Source of the DNA: a virus
Length of the DNA: 64,000 bases
IMG/VR virus record: IMGVR_UViG_3300044614_002195
Location: 96,001 to 160,000 of that record
Reading direction: 5' to 3' (one strand)
Of the stretch, positions 45,428 to 54,112 are shown piece after piece. The first letter of the stretch is position 1; each line of letters starts with the position of its first letter. The notes beneath the pieces are model-generated. The model was not told the DNA's origin. It searched no databases and worked only from the letters and a program-made list of their open reading frames with translations. Both the position numbers and the translations under genes were made by a program.

Positions 45428-46178
45428 TGATTTTGATAAACTGATCTCTCTAGGAGACTGGTTTGACAACTTTCATGATTCTCCTGAAGACAGCATGCGT
45501 ACAGCCATGTATATTTTGGATTTGTACGAAAGGCTAGAAGACGATTTTATATGGCTCATGGGTAACCATGATATTCCATATTTGTTTCCTGAGACATACG
45601 ATATACTCAGATGCAGCGGAAATACTTTCGATAAACTCACAATTATTCAAAAGGTGTTCAAAGATAAGCTGCAACGGGCTAGATTGATGTTGGCCTACAG
45701 AATTAAATACGCAAAAAAGAAAGATATCATCCTTTCGCATGCAGGAGTGAGTAGATATCACTTTGCCAAACATTCTGGCAATATTTCTTCTAAACGTGTT
45801 TTAGACCTATGTCATGAAACAATGGGAACCTTATTCCGCATGGAAGGAGATCCTATGGTCGAGGGGTACCTGCCTATTCTAAAGGCAGGTAGAGCTAGGA
45901 GAGGGGATATGCCTGTAGGAGGCATAACCTGGCAGGACTGGAACCTTGAGTTTCGACCTCACCCTCAGATAAGTCAGATTGTAGGACATACTCCTACTCA
46001 GAATCCTCAAATCATGGATGGTAATGGCTCAGCCATAGCCCCTGATAAGGGCACTCTGGAGACAGGGCTAGAGTATCATCTAGCTCCAGGCGTAAGCTAT
46101 AACTTCAACATAGATACGCACCTAAACCATTACATCATAATTGAAAACGGAAAAATAACAATTCACAGAAATGAATAA
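45360..46178 (+). CDS. Calcineurin-like metallophosphoesterase
   Basis: PDVH, GDWFD, GNHD, SHAG, VGHT. Confidence 0.9.
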   Translation: MKYLVIPDVHQKLDKVKRIIENNDFDKLISLGDWFDNFHDSPEDSMRTAMYILDLYERLEDDFIWLMGNHDIPYLFPETYDILRCSGNTFDKLTIIQKVFKDKLQRARLMLAYRIKYAKKKDIILSHAGVSRYHFAKHSGNISSKRVLDLCHETMGTLFRMEGDPMVEGYLPILKAGRARRGDMPVGGITWQDWNLEFRPHPQISQIVGHTPTQNPQIMDGNGSAIAPDKGTLETGLEYHLAPGVSYNFNIDTHLNHYIIIENGKITIHRNE

Positions 46179-47301
46179 ACTCGCAACACTGTATAAGCTG
46201 ACATCGACAGGAGCCACGCAAGAATGGACTATCTTCTCTGAGGATGGTTCTTTCTGGACTGTAAGCGGCCAGACGGACGGTAAGAAAGTTACTAGCGCAA
46301 AAACAAATTGTGCTGGCAAAAACGTAGGCAGAAAGAATGCCACTACTCCCAATGAGCAAGCATTAAGAGAGGCACAGGCTAGATGGCAAAAGAAGAAAGA
46401 TGAAGGTTATGTAGAGGACATCAAAGATATTGATGTGGTGGATGACAGGGTTGATCCTATGCTCGCGAAGAACTATGAAGATTATAGTTCAGAGTTAGAG
46501 TTTCCTGTGTACTCTCAACCTAAGCTTGACGGCTTGCGTTGTATCGTTACAAGGCAGGGAGCGTTCAGTCGCAAATGGAAGCCATTTACAACGCTTCAAC
46601 ATATCAGAGACGCTTTGCAGCCTATCTTTGATAAGTATCCAATGGTGCAGGCGTTTGACGGTGAGATGTACTCGCATGCTCTAAATGATAACTTTGAGGA
46701 GATTGTAAGTATCGTCAAGCAACCTAAAGCTACAGCTGAAGACATTGAAAAATGTAAGCGGATGGTGCAGTATCATGTCTATGACTATGTACCATCCAAC
46801 GATCTTGCTGACCTCATATTTAAAACGAGAGATCTTGATCTAAGTGTGATGATTCCTAAAGATAGTGAGCATCTGAAGCTAGTCAAAACCAAAATGATTT
46901 GGAATAGGGAAGAGCTAGATGAAGAGTATCAATGGTATATGGTTGACGGATACGAAGGCCAGATGATCAGAGCAGATGCTCCATACCAACAGAAGAGAAC
47001 AAAGTATCTACTAAAGCGCAAAGACTTTGTAGATGAGGAGTTCTTGATTGTCGGATATAAAGAGGGTAAAGGTAATAGAGAAGGCTGCATTACACTCAGA
47101 TTGTCTACCAAAGATGGTAAAGAATTTGACTCTGTTCCTGTAGGTGGAGTTGAATACCTTCAGCATCTGTGGGAAAAGCGTATACTACTTCCAGGGTTGT
47201 ACGCTACTGTGAAGTATCAAAACCTCAGTACTGATGGAATACCGAGGTTCAACAATACCATCAAATTCAGAAACGCAATTGGAGAAGACGTAGTAATATG
47301 A
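46171..47301 (+). CDS. lig: ATP-dependent DNA ligase with WGR-like N-domain
   Basis: PMLA, QPKLDGLRC, FDGEMY, YHVYD, YEGQMIR, LLKRK; C-terminal OB-fold. Confidence 0.92.
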   Translation: MNKLATLYKLTSTGATQEWTIFSEDGSFWTVSGQTDGKKVTSAKTNCAGKNVGRKNATTPNEQALREAQARWQKKKDEGYVEDIKDIDVVDDRVDPMLAKNYEDYSSELEFPVYSQPKLDGLRCIVTRQGAFSRKWKPFTTLQHIRDALQPIFDKYPMVQAFDGEMYSHALNDNFEEIVSIVKQPKATAEDIEKCKRMVQYHVYDYVPSNDLADLIFKTRDLDLSVMIPKDSEHLKLVKTKMIWNREELDEEYQWYMVDGYEGQMIRADAPYQQKRTKYLLKRKDFVDEEFLIVGYKEGKGNREGCITLRLSTKDGKEFDSVPVGGVEYLQHLWEKRILLPGLYATVKYQNLSTDGIPRFNNTIKFRNAIGEDVVI

Positions 47302-48158
47302 GTAAAATTATTGTATTAAGAGGACTACCGGCCTCAGGTAAAAGCACCTGGGCCAAAGACTATATCAGTAGGAACCCTAAGACCTCTAGGGTAAATAAAG
47401 ATGATTTGAGAGCAATGCTCCATAATAGTCAGTGGAGTCAAGAAAACGAAGAGCTAGTACTAGATATTCGTGACAGTATCATCATATCAACGCTTAATCA
47501 TAATTATGATGTCATTGTGGATGATACTAACTTTGCTGCAAAGCACGTAACCACCATTCAAGAGCTGGCAGGAGATTGGAATGCGGAATTTGAGGTTAAG
47601 GACTTTGATGTTCCTCTTGATGTATGTCTTGAGAGAAACAGAAAGAGAGACAGCAGCGTACCAGACAAAGTTATCATTGATATGTACGAAAAATACGTAC
47701 TACCAAAGAAAGAAAAGGTGGTGCAGACACCTGGTAAAACAAAATGTGTGATCGTGGACCTTGACGGCACACTAGCTATACATAATAGAGACCCGTTTGA
47801 TATTGGAAAGTGCGGAACGGATAAACCTAACGCACCTGTGCTTAATGCTATAAAAGCACTAAGTCAGTTTGGATACAGGCTAATCTTTTTAACAGGGAGA
47901 GAAAATTCTTTCAGACCGCAAACAGAGAAGTGGCTAAAAGAAGTCTGCCAAGTAGACTTGTTTGCTCCGTGGTATATGCTATATATGCGCCCTACGGGTG
48001 ACAATCGCAAAGACAGTTTAGTTAAAGAAGAAATTCTAAGAAATGAAATTCTCCCTAATTACTACGTCGAGTTTGCGCTAGACGATAGACAGCAAGTGGT
48101 AGACCATCTCAGAGGGATGGGACTTACCGTATTTCAAGTAGCACCAGGAAATTATTAA
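47298..48158 (+). CDS. pseT: Polynucleotide 5'-kinase/3'-phosphatase (T4 PseT-like)
   Basis: GLPASGKST, KDDLR, VDDTN; HAD domain DLDGT, TGR, D..VK, DDR. Confidence 0.93.
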   Translation: MSKIIVLRGLPASGKSTWAKDYISRNPKTSRVNKDDLRAMLHNSQWSQENEELVLDIRDSIIISTLNHNYDVIVDDTNFAAKHVTTIQELAGDWNAEFEVKDFDVPLDVCLERNRKRDSSVPDKVIIDMYEKYVLPKKEKVVQTPGKTKCVIVDLDGTLAIHNRDPFDIGKCGTDKPNAPVLNAIKALSQFGYRLIFLTGRENSFRPQTEKWLKEVCQVDLFAPWYMLYMRPTGDNRKDSLVKEEILRNEILPNYYVEFALDDRQQVVDHLRGMGLTVFQVAPGNY

Positions 48159-48159
48159 T

Positions 48160-48756
48160 ATGGGAATGTTCGACACACTGTTAGTTCATAAAAGCATAAT
48201 TTTTCCCTTGTTGGAGGGAGAAGAGCTATTGAAAGAAAATTGGCGTGCAGACGTAGAAGATTGTCTGCATTTTCAGACTAAAGATCTGGAAAACTTTATG
48301 TGGTTATACAAGATAGGAGAAGACCACAAAGTATGGCGAGAGGTGCACGAATACATTGAAGATCCAGAGTGCAAATTTGGTATGCGTCACGAAAGGCTAC
48401 CTGATGAGCGCTGCGAAAAGCTAAATGCTTACATCAATTTCTATGACATGATTCGCCATATTGGCGAAGATGAAGTATGGATTGAGTTTGAAGGGCATAT
48501 ATTGAATGGGCAGCTAGCCGAAGTTTCTTTAGTAAAATTAGAGAAAACAAACATGGCTTATAAGGAAGCTGAAATACAAAAGCAGCAGTTACGCTGGGAC
48601 AAGATTAGAAACACATATAGTTGGAGAGCGTTCTCAGCTATAAGTAACTTTGAGTGGAAGTTGCGTAGGTTAGTTAGACCTGTATTTAATAAGTACGAAA
48701 ACTTCCTGGATAAATTAAGAAAAGACGCAGAAAATCAATACCCACCCGAAGAATGA
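48160..48756 (+). CDS. Hypothetical protein
   Basis: MGMFD...FQTKDL motif common in phages. Confidence 0.7.
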   Translation: MGMFDTLLVHKSIIFPLLEGEELLKENWRADVEDCLHFQTKDLENFMWLYKIGEDHKVWREVHEYIEDPECKFGMRHERLPDERCEKLNAYINFYDMIRHIGEDEVWIEFEGHILNGQLAEVSLVKLEKTNMAYKEAEIQKQQLRWDKIRNTYSWRAFSAISNFEWKLRRLVRPVFNKYENFLDKLRKDAENQYPPEE

Positions 48757-49187
48757 CACTAGTACAAGTAAGAGTTTGTGAAGCATTGGCGAAACACTAT
48801 CGAGTTAAAAAGCAGGTAGTGTCGGACAGTATTAAAGAATACCTGAAAGATCTTGGTGAAGAGCATCCAGTGATAGAGGCTAGCGTAAAGGATGCTTCCT
48901 TTCGGATAGGTACGACTAAAGATACTGTAGCCTTAGGCAAGCTGTTCTTCTATAGACTGTTTATCAAGACAGACCTGTATTCAAATGCTGTAATGCTATT
49001 TGAAAACGAAGATGTAGAATGCGTGGCGTTCTATTCTGGAGGAGCATTAATGGCTATATCTGAAGCCTCGCAATATGATGGCGAAGGTGGAGTATTGCTG
49101 AGAGATTCAGACAAAACATTAGGTTATGCTATAGAGCCGATGGCTCATTACTTGAAGAGAACAAGCCCAGTATATTTTGAGGAATAA
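48753..49187 (+). CDS. Hypothetical protein
   Basis: 144 aa. Confidence 0.6.
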   Translation: MTLVQVRVCEALAKHYRVKKQVVSDSIKEYLKDLGEEHPVIEASVKDASFRIGTTKDTVALGKLFFYRLFIKTDLYSNAVMLFENEDVECVAFYSGGALMAISEASQYDGEGGVLLRDSDKTLGYAIEPMAHYLKRTSPVYFEE

Positions 49188-49204
49188 TTGGTATAATATA
49201 TTGA
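49188..49204 (+). promoter_or_regulatory. Promoter motif TTGGTATAATATATTGA
   Basis: Extended -10 (TGnTATAAT); identical 17-mer at 61281-61297. Confidence 0.65.
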
Positions 49205-49256
49205 GATACTTTGCTTTCGCAAGGTCTTAATAAATAAAACCCAAAAAAACTCAAAA

Positions 49257-50195
49257 ATGGTTAAAATCCAAATACCTGAAGCGTTAGAAAAATCGATAGT
49301 CAATGTTAGCGAGCAGCCTGCGCAGTCGCTTGATGCAGATAAACAGAAAGCGTATTGTGAGGCGTTGTGTGTAGATATAGCGCCAATGATAATAGAAAGA
49401 ATGGGTCAATTGCCTAAGGCGATAGACGCCGCTTTCATTATGCGCTGCACTGAAAATGAAATTCAGCGCCGCAAGACCAGCTACAGCCAGACCAACGAAG
49501 CTGAATTCAAATCCTCCATAGATAGACCTGATGTGGGTGTCATTGACCCTGCAGGAAAATTTGTGGAAAGCTATGAGCAGTTTAGGGGAATGGTTGAAGC
49601 GTTGGGACCACTTAAAGAAGTGGCCTATAATGGCCACGACAAGAGTGATGTTATCTTGCTGCAGGCTAGATTGCCGAAAAATTATGTAGGCTCTGTTGCA
49701 TGGGTGCAAAGAAGACACATCCCGCAGTTTGCCTTTGATGCGGACATGCTAGTCGAAAAAAGACTGATCAGTGGAGCTAAAGAAACATATATGTCTCTAT
49801 GCCGCAGAATTAATCCGGCTCGAACAAATCTTGATTATTACAAGATCAACAAATCTGAAATATGGAAAACATATGGGTTTGTGAACTTCAAAATCAAGAA
49901 ATCGAGCCAGACAGTAATGTCGTGGTTTTGTGGCTTGGATATCGACTCAGCTCAACCTTCCGCAGCATCTCATGGATTTGTTCTCGTGGGCGCGCATTGG
50001 AAGAAAGAAAAGACACACAAAAAACACGCTATAAAGCCTGAGGCTGTTGAAACCCAATCTGCAGTCGAAGATGTGCAGCCTGTTATTATTGAAGAGAAAA
50101 TTGAGTCAAAACCTACAAAAATTAAGTTAAAAGCCAGAAGCCAGAAAAAGAAGATCGCTAAACCGGCCAACCCGTTTGAAATGATCTTTGGGTAA
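49257..50195 (+). CDS. Hypothetical protein
   Basis: 312 aa with basic C-terminal tail. Confidence 0.7.
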   Translation: MVKIQIPEALEKSIVNVSEQPAQSLDADKQKAYCEALCVDIAPMIIERMGQLPKAIDAAFIMRCTENEIQRRKTSYSQTNEAEFKSSIDRPDVGVIDPAGKFVESYEQFRGMVEALGPLKEVAYNGHDKSDVILLQARLPKNYVGSVAWVQRRHIPQFAFDADMLVEKRLISGAKETYMSLCRRINPARTNLDYYKINKSEIWKTYGFVNFKIKKSSQTVMSWFCGLDIDSAQPSAASHGFVLVGAHWKKEKTHKKHAIKPEAVETQSAVEDVQPVIIEEKIESKPTKIKLKARSQKKKIAKPANPFEMIFG

Positions 50196-50251
50196 TATTA
50201 TAAGCCGAACTGGGGTCCAATCCCCCATTCGGTAAACATCAATAAACACTC

Positions 50252-50578
50252 ATGAAATTAAGCATAACCATAGGAAGTTTATTTTTAGCTACGCTAGGTA
50301 TAATAGGGCAAGTTACAGGCAATTCAGTAGTAAGTTTAACGTATAGTTTATTAACATGCTCGTCATTACTAGTAGTGGGTGTTGGTGGTATTGTGAGCTA
50401 TCGCAATAACGCTGACATAAGAGATATTTATAGGGAAAAAGACTTAATCCAGAAAGATAAGATTCAGAATCTTACAGAAAAACTAATTGGACTCGAAAAA
50501 GAATTAATTCTACGTGGAAAAGAAGAAAACACACAAAATATCGCCATTAATACTAGCGCTTGGAGACAAGAAAACTAG
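50252..50578 (+). CDS. Membrane protein (2 TM plus coiled coil)
   Basis: Hydrophobic N-terminal half. Confidence 0.6.
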   Translation: MKLSITIGSLFLATLGIIGQVTGNSVVSLTYSLLTCSSLLVVGVGGIVSYRNNADIRDIYREKDLIQKDKIQNLTEKLIGLEKELILRGKEENTQNIAINTSAWRQEN

Positions 50579-50984
50579 GAATTTTGCAATAACTGCAGTA
50601 GTAGCTAAAAAGCTAAGTGAAAAATACGTATATAATGCAGATTATTTTGGTGACTTTATAAAGTTTAATTTCGGAAACAGAAAAAATTGCAAAAAAGTTT
50701 ATGCTCATGTGAACCCAGCCGATCCTCCTATGAGTGAAAGGGACAGGTTTATCATGCTGTATAGAAAACTTAAAAATTACAACACAGATGAGATATATTC
50801 AAAACTGGGGTTGGAGCAAACGTCTACCAATAAAAATGCCCCTATTGAAACTAAATGGGCTTTTGAGTACAGAAAGAAATACAAGTCATTATTGTACAAA
50901 AAAAATAACGTAATCAGCAATGAGAGAATACTCACTCCTTTGAAGTCCTTGAAAGACAAAAAGAGGTATGCTGATATGTTTTAA
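50514..50984 (+). CDS. Basic hypothetical protein
   Basis: 156 aa; start uncertain. Confidence 0.55.
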   Translation: MEKKKTHKISPLILALGDKKTRNFAITAVVAKKLSEKYVYNADYFGDFIKFNFGNRKNCKKVYAHVNPADPPMSERDRFIMLYRKLKNYNTDEIYSKLGLEQTSTNKNAPIETKWAFEYRKKYKSLLYKKNNVISNERILTPLKSLKDKKRYADMF

Positions 50985-51005
50985 ATCGTAAATACAATAG
51001 CCATT

Positions 51006-51041
51006 AAAAAGGAAAATCCTTGGTGGGTTTTCCTTTTTTTT
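51006..51041 (+). terminator. Intrinsic terminator
   Basis: AAAAAGGAAAATCC / GGGTTTTCCTTTTT plus T run. Confidence 0.8.
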
Positions 51042-51071
51042 AGCTATCAGCTATGCTATAATTTTAATTAT

Positions 51072-51353
51072 ATGGAACAAGATCAAAACTCCCGAGGTTT
51101 CACTATACCAAAAAGTTTCTTAACTCAGCTAAGTGAATACACCCGAGGGTATATGCTCTTAGTTTGTAACGAAAAAGGTGAATTGTTTGCTCACGAAACA
51201 TATGACAACCCTGTGATTAAACTAGGCATAGTCAATTTTGCTGAATTACACGTAGACGCAATTCAGAAGCACATGAAGAATATTGCTCTGAAAGAAGAAG
51301 AAAGCTTCAACATCGAGGACGGCGAAGAAGGTGACGATATTGATGAAGAATAG
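51072..51353 (+). CDS. Conserved hypothetical protein with acidic tail
   Basis: F.IP.SFL.QL.E...GY; last plus-strand gene before the convergent lysis block. Confidence 0.65.
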   Translation: MEQDQNSRGFTIPKSFLTQLSEYTRGYMLLVCNEKGELFAHETYDNPVIKLGIVNFAELHVDAIQKHMKNIALKEEESFNIEDGEEGDDIDEE

Positions 51354-51956
51354 CTAGGCTGACTTAAGTATCAACTCAGCCTCTCTATCTCTACGCCCTA
51401 CGAGTCCGCTTGTTTTGTCCCAGAGTCTTTTCATGCTCTTGAATTGAGCTGCCATTTTGTCATAGTCTTTTGACGAGGCTATAATATTTTTAAGCTCCAG
51501 CATTTCTACTCTAGATGTACCCTTGAAAGACGTTCCACGGTTAAACACTAGAGACACTATAGCGGCCTGGGCATTTTCATGCAACTCTACTACTCCAGGG
51601 AAAGCTCTTTCTGTAAGCTTTGTAAACTTAGGGAGAATAAATTCTTTAAATGTTTGAATAGCCTCTTCCCATGTAAAAGTTATACCCTTAAGCTTCACAG
51701 TATATTCTTTTGCACTAATACCTTTTAAGCCTCTGCCTCCACGTATTAAAGATAGCTCAGTGTTGTCAGTTAATGGTTTAAAAATCTTATCGACCTCTTC
51801 CTCAGTATAATAGCCAATATCAATACCCACCATGGCTGTCGGACCAGATGCTCCTCCTGGCCAGGTAAAAGTGCTCTTATATACCTTTTCATAGTAGGCT
51901 CTCCCACCTGTTTCCTCATTAACAATAAACTCAATACCTTTGTCATTTAGTTTCAT
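51354..51956 (-). CDS. Endolysin (lysozyme-like, pesticin-type muramidase)
   Basis: Start at 51956 (MKLNDKG); E-ETGG, WPGGASGPT..GIDIGY, SLVFNRG, GLV.RR..EA. Confidence 0.82.
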   Translation of the reverse strand: MKLNDKGIEFIVNEETGGRAYYEKVYKSTFTWPGGASGPTAMVGIDIGYYTEEEVDKIFKPLTDNTELSLIRGGRGLKGISAKEYTVKLKGITFTWEEAIQTFKEFILPKFTKLTERAFPGVVELHENAQAAIVSLVFNRGTSFKGTSRVEMLELKNIIASSKDYDKMAAQFKSMKRLWDKTSGLVGRRDREAELILKSA

Positions 51957-52383
51957 CTTCAATCTCCAGTGTATAGTCGCCTTCTTTTTCGTTTGTAATC
52001 TTACGTTCAGTAATATCCACAACTTCAACTTTAGCCTCCAAAGAAGCGTTGCTGGTACTATTGTACTTAACGTCCACAATAGCCTGACCTCCCAGGTAGA
52101 CAGCCATTATCGCCGCGAACACCTCAACTGTTTTTGTAAATATGGTCGGGTATACTGCTAGTAACGCAGGATTATGTTCTAAAAGAAACAGTAACCCTAT
52201 GCTGGAGATATAGAATATCGCCAGAATAATGAAACCAGAAAAAGCTGCAAAAAACTTTTTACTCGTTAAGTGGTTGGTGTTGGCGATGTCAGGATTCTGT
52301 TCTGGACAAACTCCTGGAGGTGTAACACCATTCTGCAGAAATGCTGCAGCGTTTTTAGTTATATTAAGTAATGATTTAAACAT
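51943..52383 (-). CDS. Putative holin
   Basis: Start at 52383 (MFKSL); two TM segments and a charged C-terminus; adjacent to endolysin. Confidence 0.6.
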   Translation of the reverse strand: MFKSLLNITKNAAAFLQNGVTPPGVCPEQNPDIANTNHLTSKKFFAAFSGFIILAIFYISSIGLLFLLEHNPALLAVYPTIFTKTVEVFAAIMAVYLGGQAIVDVKYNSTSNASLEAKVEVVDITERKITNEKEGDYTLEIEDETK

Positions 52384-52384
52384 A

Positions 52385-52903
52385 TTAAAAATAAAATTTA
52401 ATAAACATGTACCCTGCCGTGAAAGCCCCGAAGGGTCCAAGTAGATGTACAATTGGCCCCCAAGGACCTGCAACGGCTAACATTGAGGTTACCGAAGAGC
52501 CAAATTTAATATATAGCAAAGCTAGAAAGGCCCCAGCCAGATAACCCATAATAGCTTTAATTCTATCATACTTATCAGCTGTTTTTTGATGGGCCGTTTT
52601 TTCATTAACAACACGCTGCTCTGCGCTAGATAATAAACTGCGTATCTCTGTATTTTCTTCGTATATATGAATCTTCTCTGTTTGCTGATTCAACGCCCAG
52701 TCTTCTAGGTCTTTAAAAGACTGCTCTATAGCTTGCTTGTCTTTACGTAATTGAATAATTCTAGCGCTAGCCTGCGTTAACTCTCCTCTTAGCTCAAGCA
52801 ACTCTGCAGTTATAGATGTTTTCTGTAGCACTGGCTCCGCTGCTTTTGCTTTAAAAGATAGAATGAATAAAGCTGTAATTATAAAATATCTAATATTCAT
52901 CAT
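52385..52903 (-). CDS. Putative inner spanin or lysis membrane protein
   Basis: N-terminal signal/TM, long coiled coil, C-terminal hydrophobic segments. Confidence 0.45.
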   Translation of the reverse strand: MMNIRYFIITALFILSFKAKAAEPVLQKTSITAELLELRGELTQASARIIQLRKDKQAIEQSFKDLEDWALNQQTEKIHIYEENTEIRSLLSSAEQRVVNEKTAHQKTADKYDRIKAIMGYLAGAFLALLYIKFGSSVTSMLAVAGPWGPIVHLLGPFGAFTAGYMFIKFYF

Positions 52904-53100
52904 TTACCTCCTAATTCCGCAATAATTCTATCTATTCTAGATAAAGACTTATTCATTACATTGTCGAGCTCGTCAATATTTTTACCCAAAGAACCTGATG
53001 AGCCTTTTGGCGGAGTTTGCAAAGTTGGCGCGCTTCTGGGTGGCAGCGAGCTTGCGCACCCAGTTAAAAATAAAAACATTAATATGTATACTTTACCCAT
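52900..53100 (-). CDS. Lipoprotein (putative outer spanin)
   Basis: Start at 53100; lipobox FLTG-C, Pro-rich linker, short helix. Confidence 0.6.
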   Translation of the reverse strand: MGKVYILMFLFLTGCASSLPPRSAPTLQTPPKGSSGSLGKNIDELDNVMNKSLSRIDRIIAELGGK

Positions 53101-53145
53101 TACCGAACGGTAGCATAAAACTTTAAAATTGTCCAGTGTATACAA

Positions 53146-53172
53146 AAAAACCCGATCGGTAAGATCGGGTTA
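53146..53172. terminator. Hairpin terminator (T run on the minus strand)
   Basis: AACCCGATC / GATCGGGTT flanked by an A run. Confidence 0.65.
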
Positions 53173-53195
53173 TGTTTTTAATGATTTATTAGAGG

Positions 53196-53708
53196 CTATT
53201 TTGTCTGTTTATTACTCTCTTGCTGTTTATCTATATAGATTAAAACTTTGTTAAGGTCTTCTTTTAAGCTTTGCTGTTGTTGATGCTGACCTGAAAAATA
53301 CCAAACAGCTCCTGCGAACTGAGCCAACAAGCCTATGGCTGCAGTTGCAAAAAATTTAATAACTAGATCGCGCATTTCCATATAGCTGTCTGCTGTTCGA
53401 CGTAAAAAACTAAATTCTTTAACTAGTACATTTACTTGCTCAGATAATGTGGCTATAGAGCCTCTTAAACCGTTTTTACCGTCAACGCCTACGCTTATAT
53501 GCATCGCGTCCCTAGCCATGTCTCTTATAGCCGCAACGGAGGTTTCAAGAGATTTAATACTTTCCCCTGTGTCATCTGAAATGTTGGATATTCTATGCTT
53601 TATAGCCTCGATTTCAGCATCTCTAACAAGTTTTTGTTGCTGCAATTGTATGATCGCAGCAACTGTATTAAATTCTTGATGACTTAAATCTTCTAAATAT
53701 TCCGACAT
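53196..53708 (-). CDS. Coiled-coil protein with C-terminal TM
   Basis: 170 aa; GxDGKNGLRG motif and one TM; holin/hemolysin-like layout. Confidence 0.6.
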   Translation of the reverse strand: MSEYLEDLSHQEFNTVAAIIQLQQQKLVRDAEIEAIKHRISNISDDTGESIKSLETSVAAIRDMARDAMHISVGVDGKNGLRGSIATLSEQVNVLVKEFSFLRRTADSYMEMRDLVIKFFATAAIGLLAQFAGAVWYFSGQHQQQQSLKEDLNKVLIYIDKQQESNKQTK

Positions 53709-53734
53709 AATCTTTACATCTATTATATTAGAAT

Positions 53735-54109
53735 TTAAGGATTTTGTCGTTTAATTATTTCAATTTTTTCTTCAGGATCCACGATTTCTTCGTCAGATAT
53801 GTAGTAGTTTAACTCCTTATTGTCATAAGCAGACTTTTCAGGGATATCGTCATCCTCCTCTTGTTCTTGAGATGCCTCTTTCCTGGCACCTCTAAAAACA
53901 GACCTTACAGAGTCATCGTAGACCTTGTCTACTAGAAGAAGCTCGCTTGTACCTACCTCTCCAAGGAAAAGTCCCTGCTTTGGTTTTGTTAGGGAATGCT
54001 CAACGCATGTCCAGAGATGCTCTGGTGTTCCCAGCATTTTTAGAGCCTCCACTCTGTCTTTTGGTATTGTTTTACCACTAACTACACATTTATAGCTTTT
54101 ATTGCTCAT
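53735..54109 (-). CDS. TraR/DksA C4-type Zn-finger-like protein
   Basis: YKCVVSGKTIPKDRVEAL...TCVEH. Confidence 0.65.
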   Translation of the reverse strand: MSNKSYKCVVSGKTIPKDRVEALKMLGTPEHLWTCVEHSLTKPKQGLFLGEVGTSELLLVDKVYDDSVRSVFRGARKEASQEQEEDDDIPEKSAYDNKELNYYISDEEIVDPEEKIEIIKRQNP

Positions 54110-54112
54110 ATA

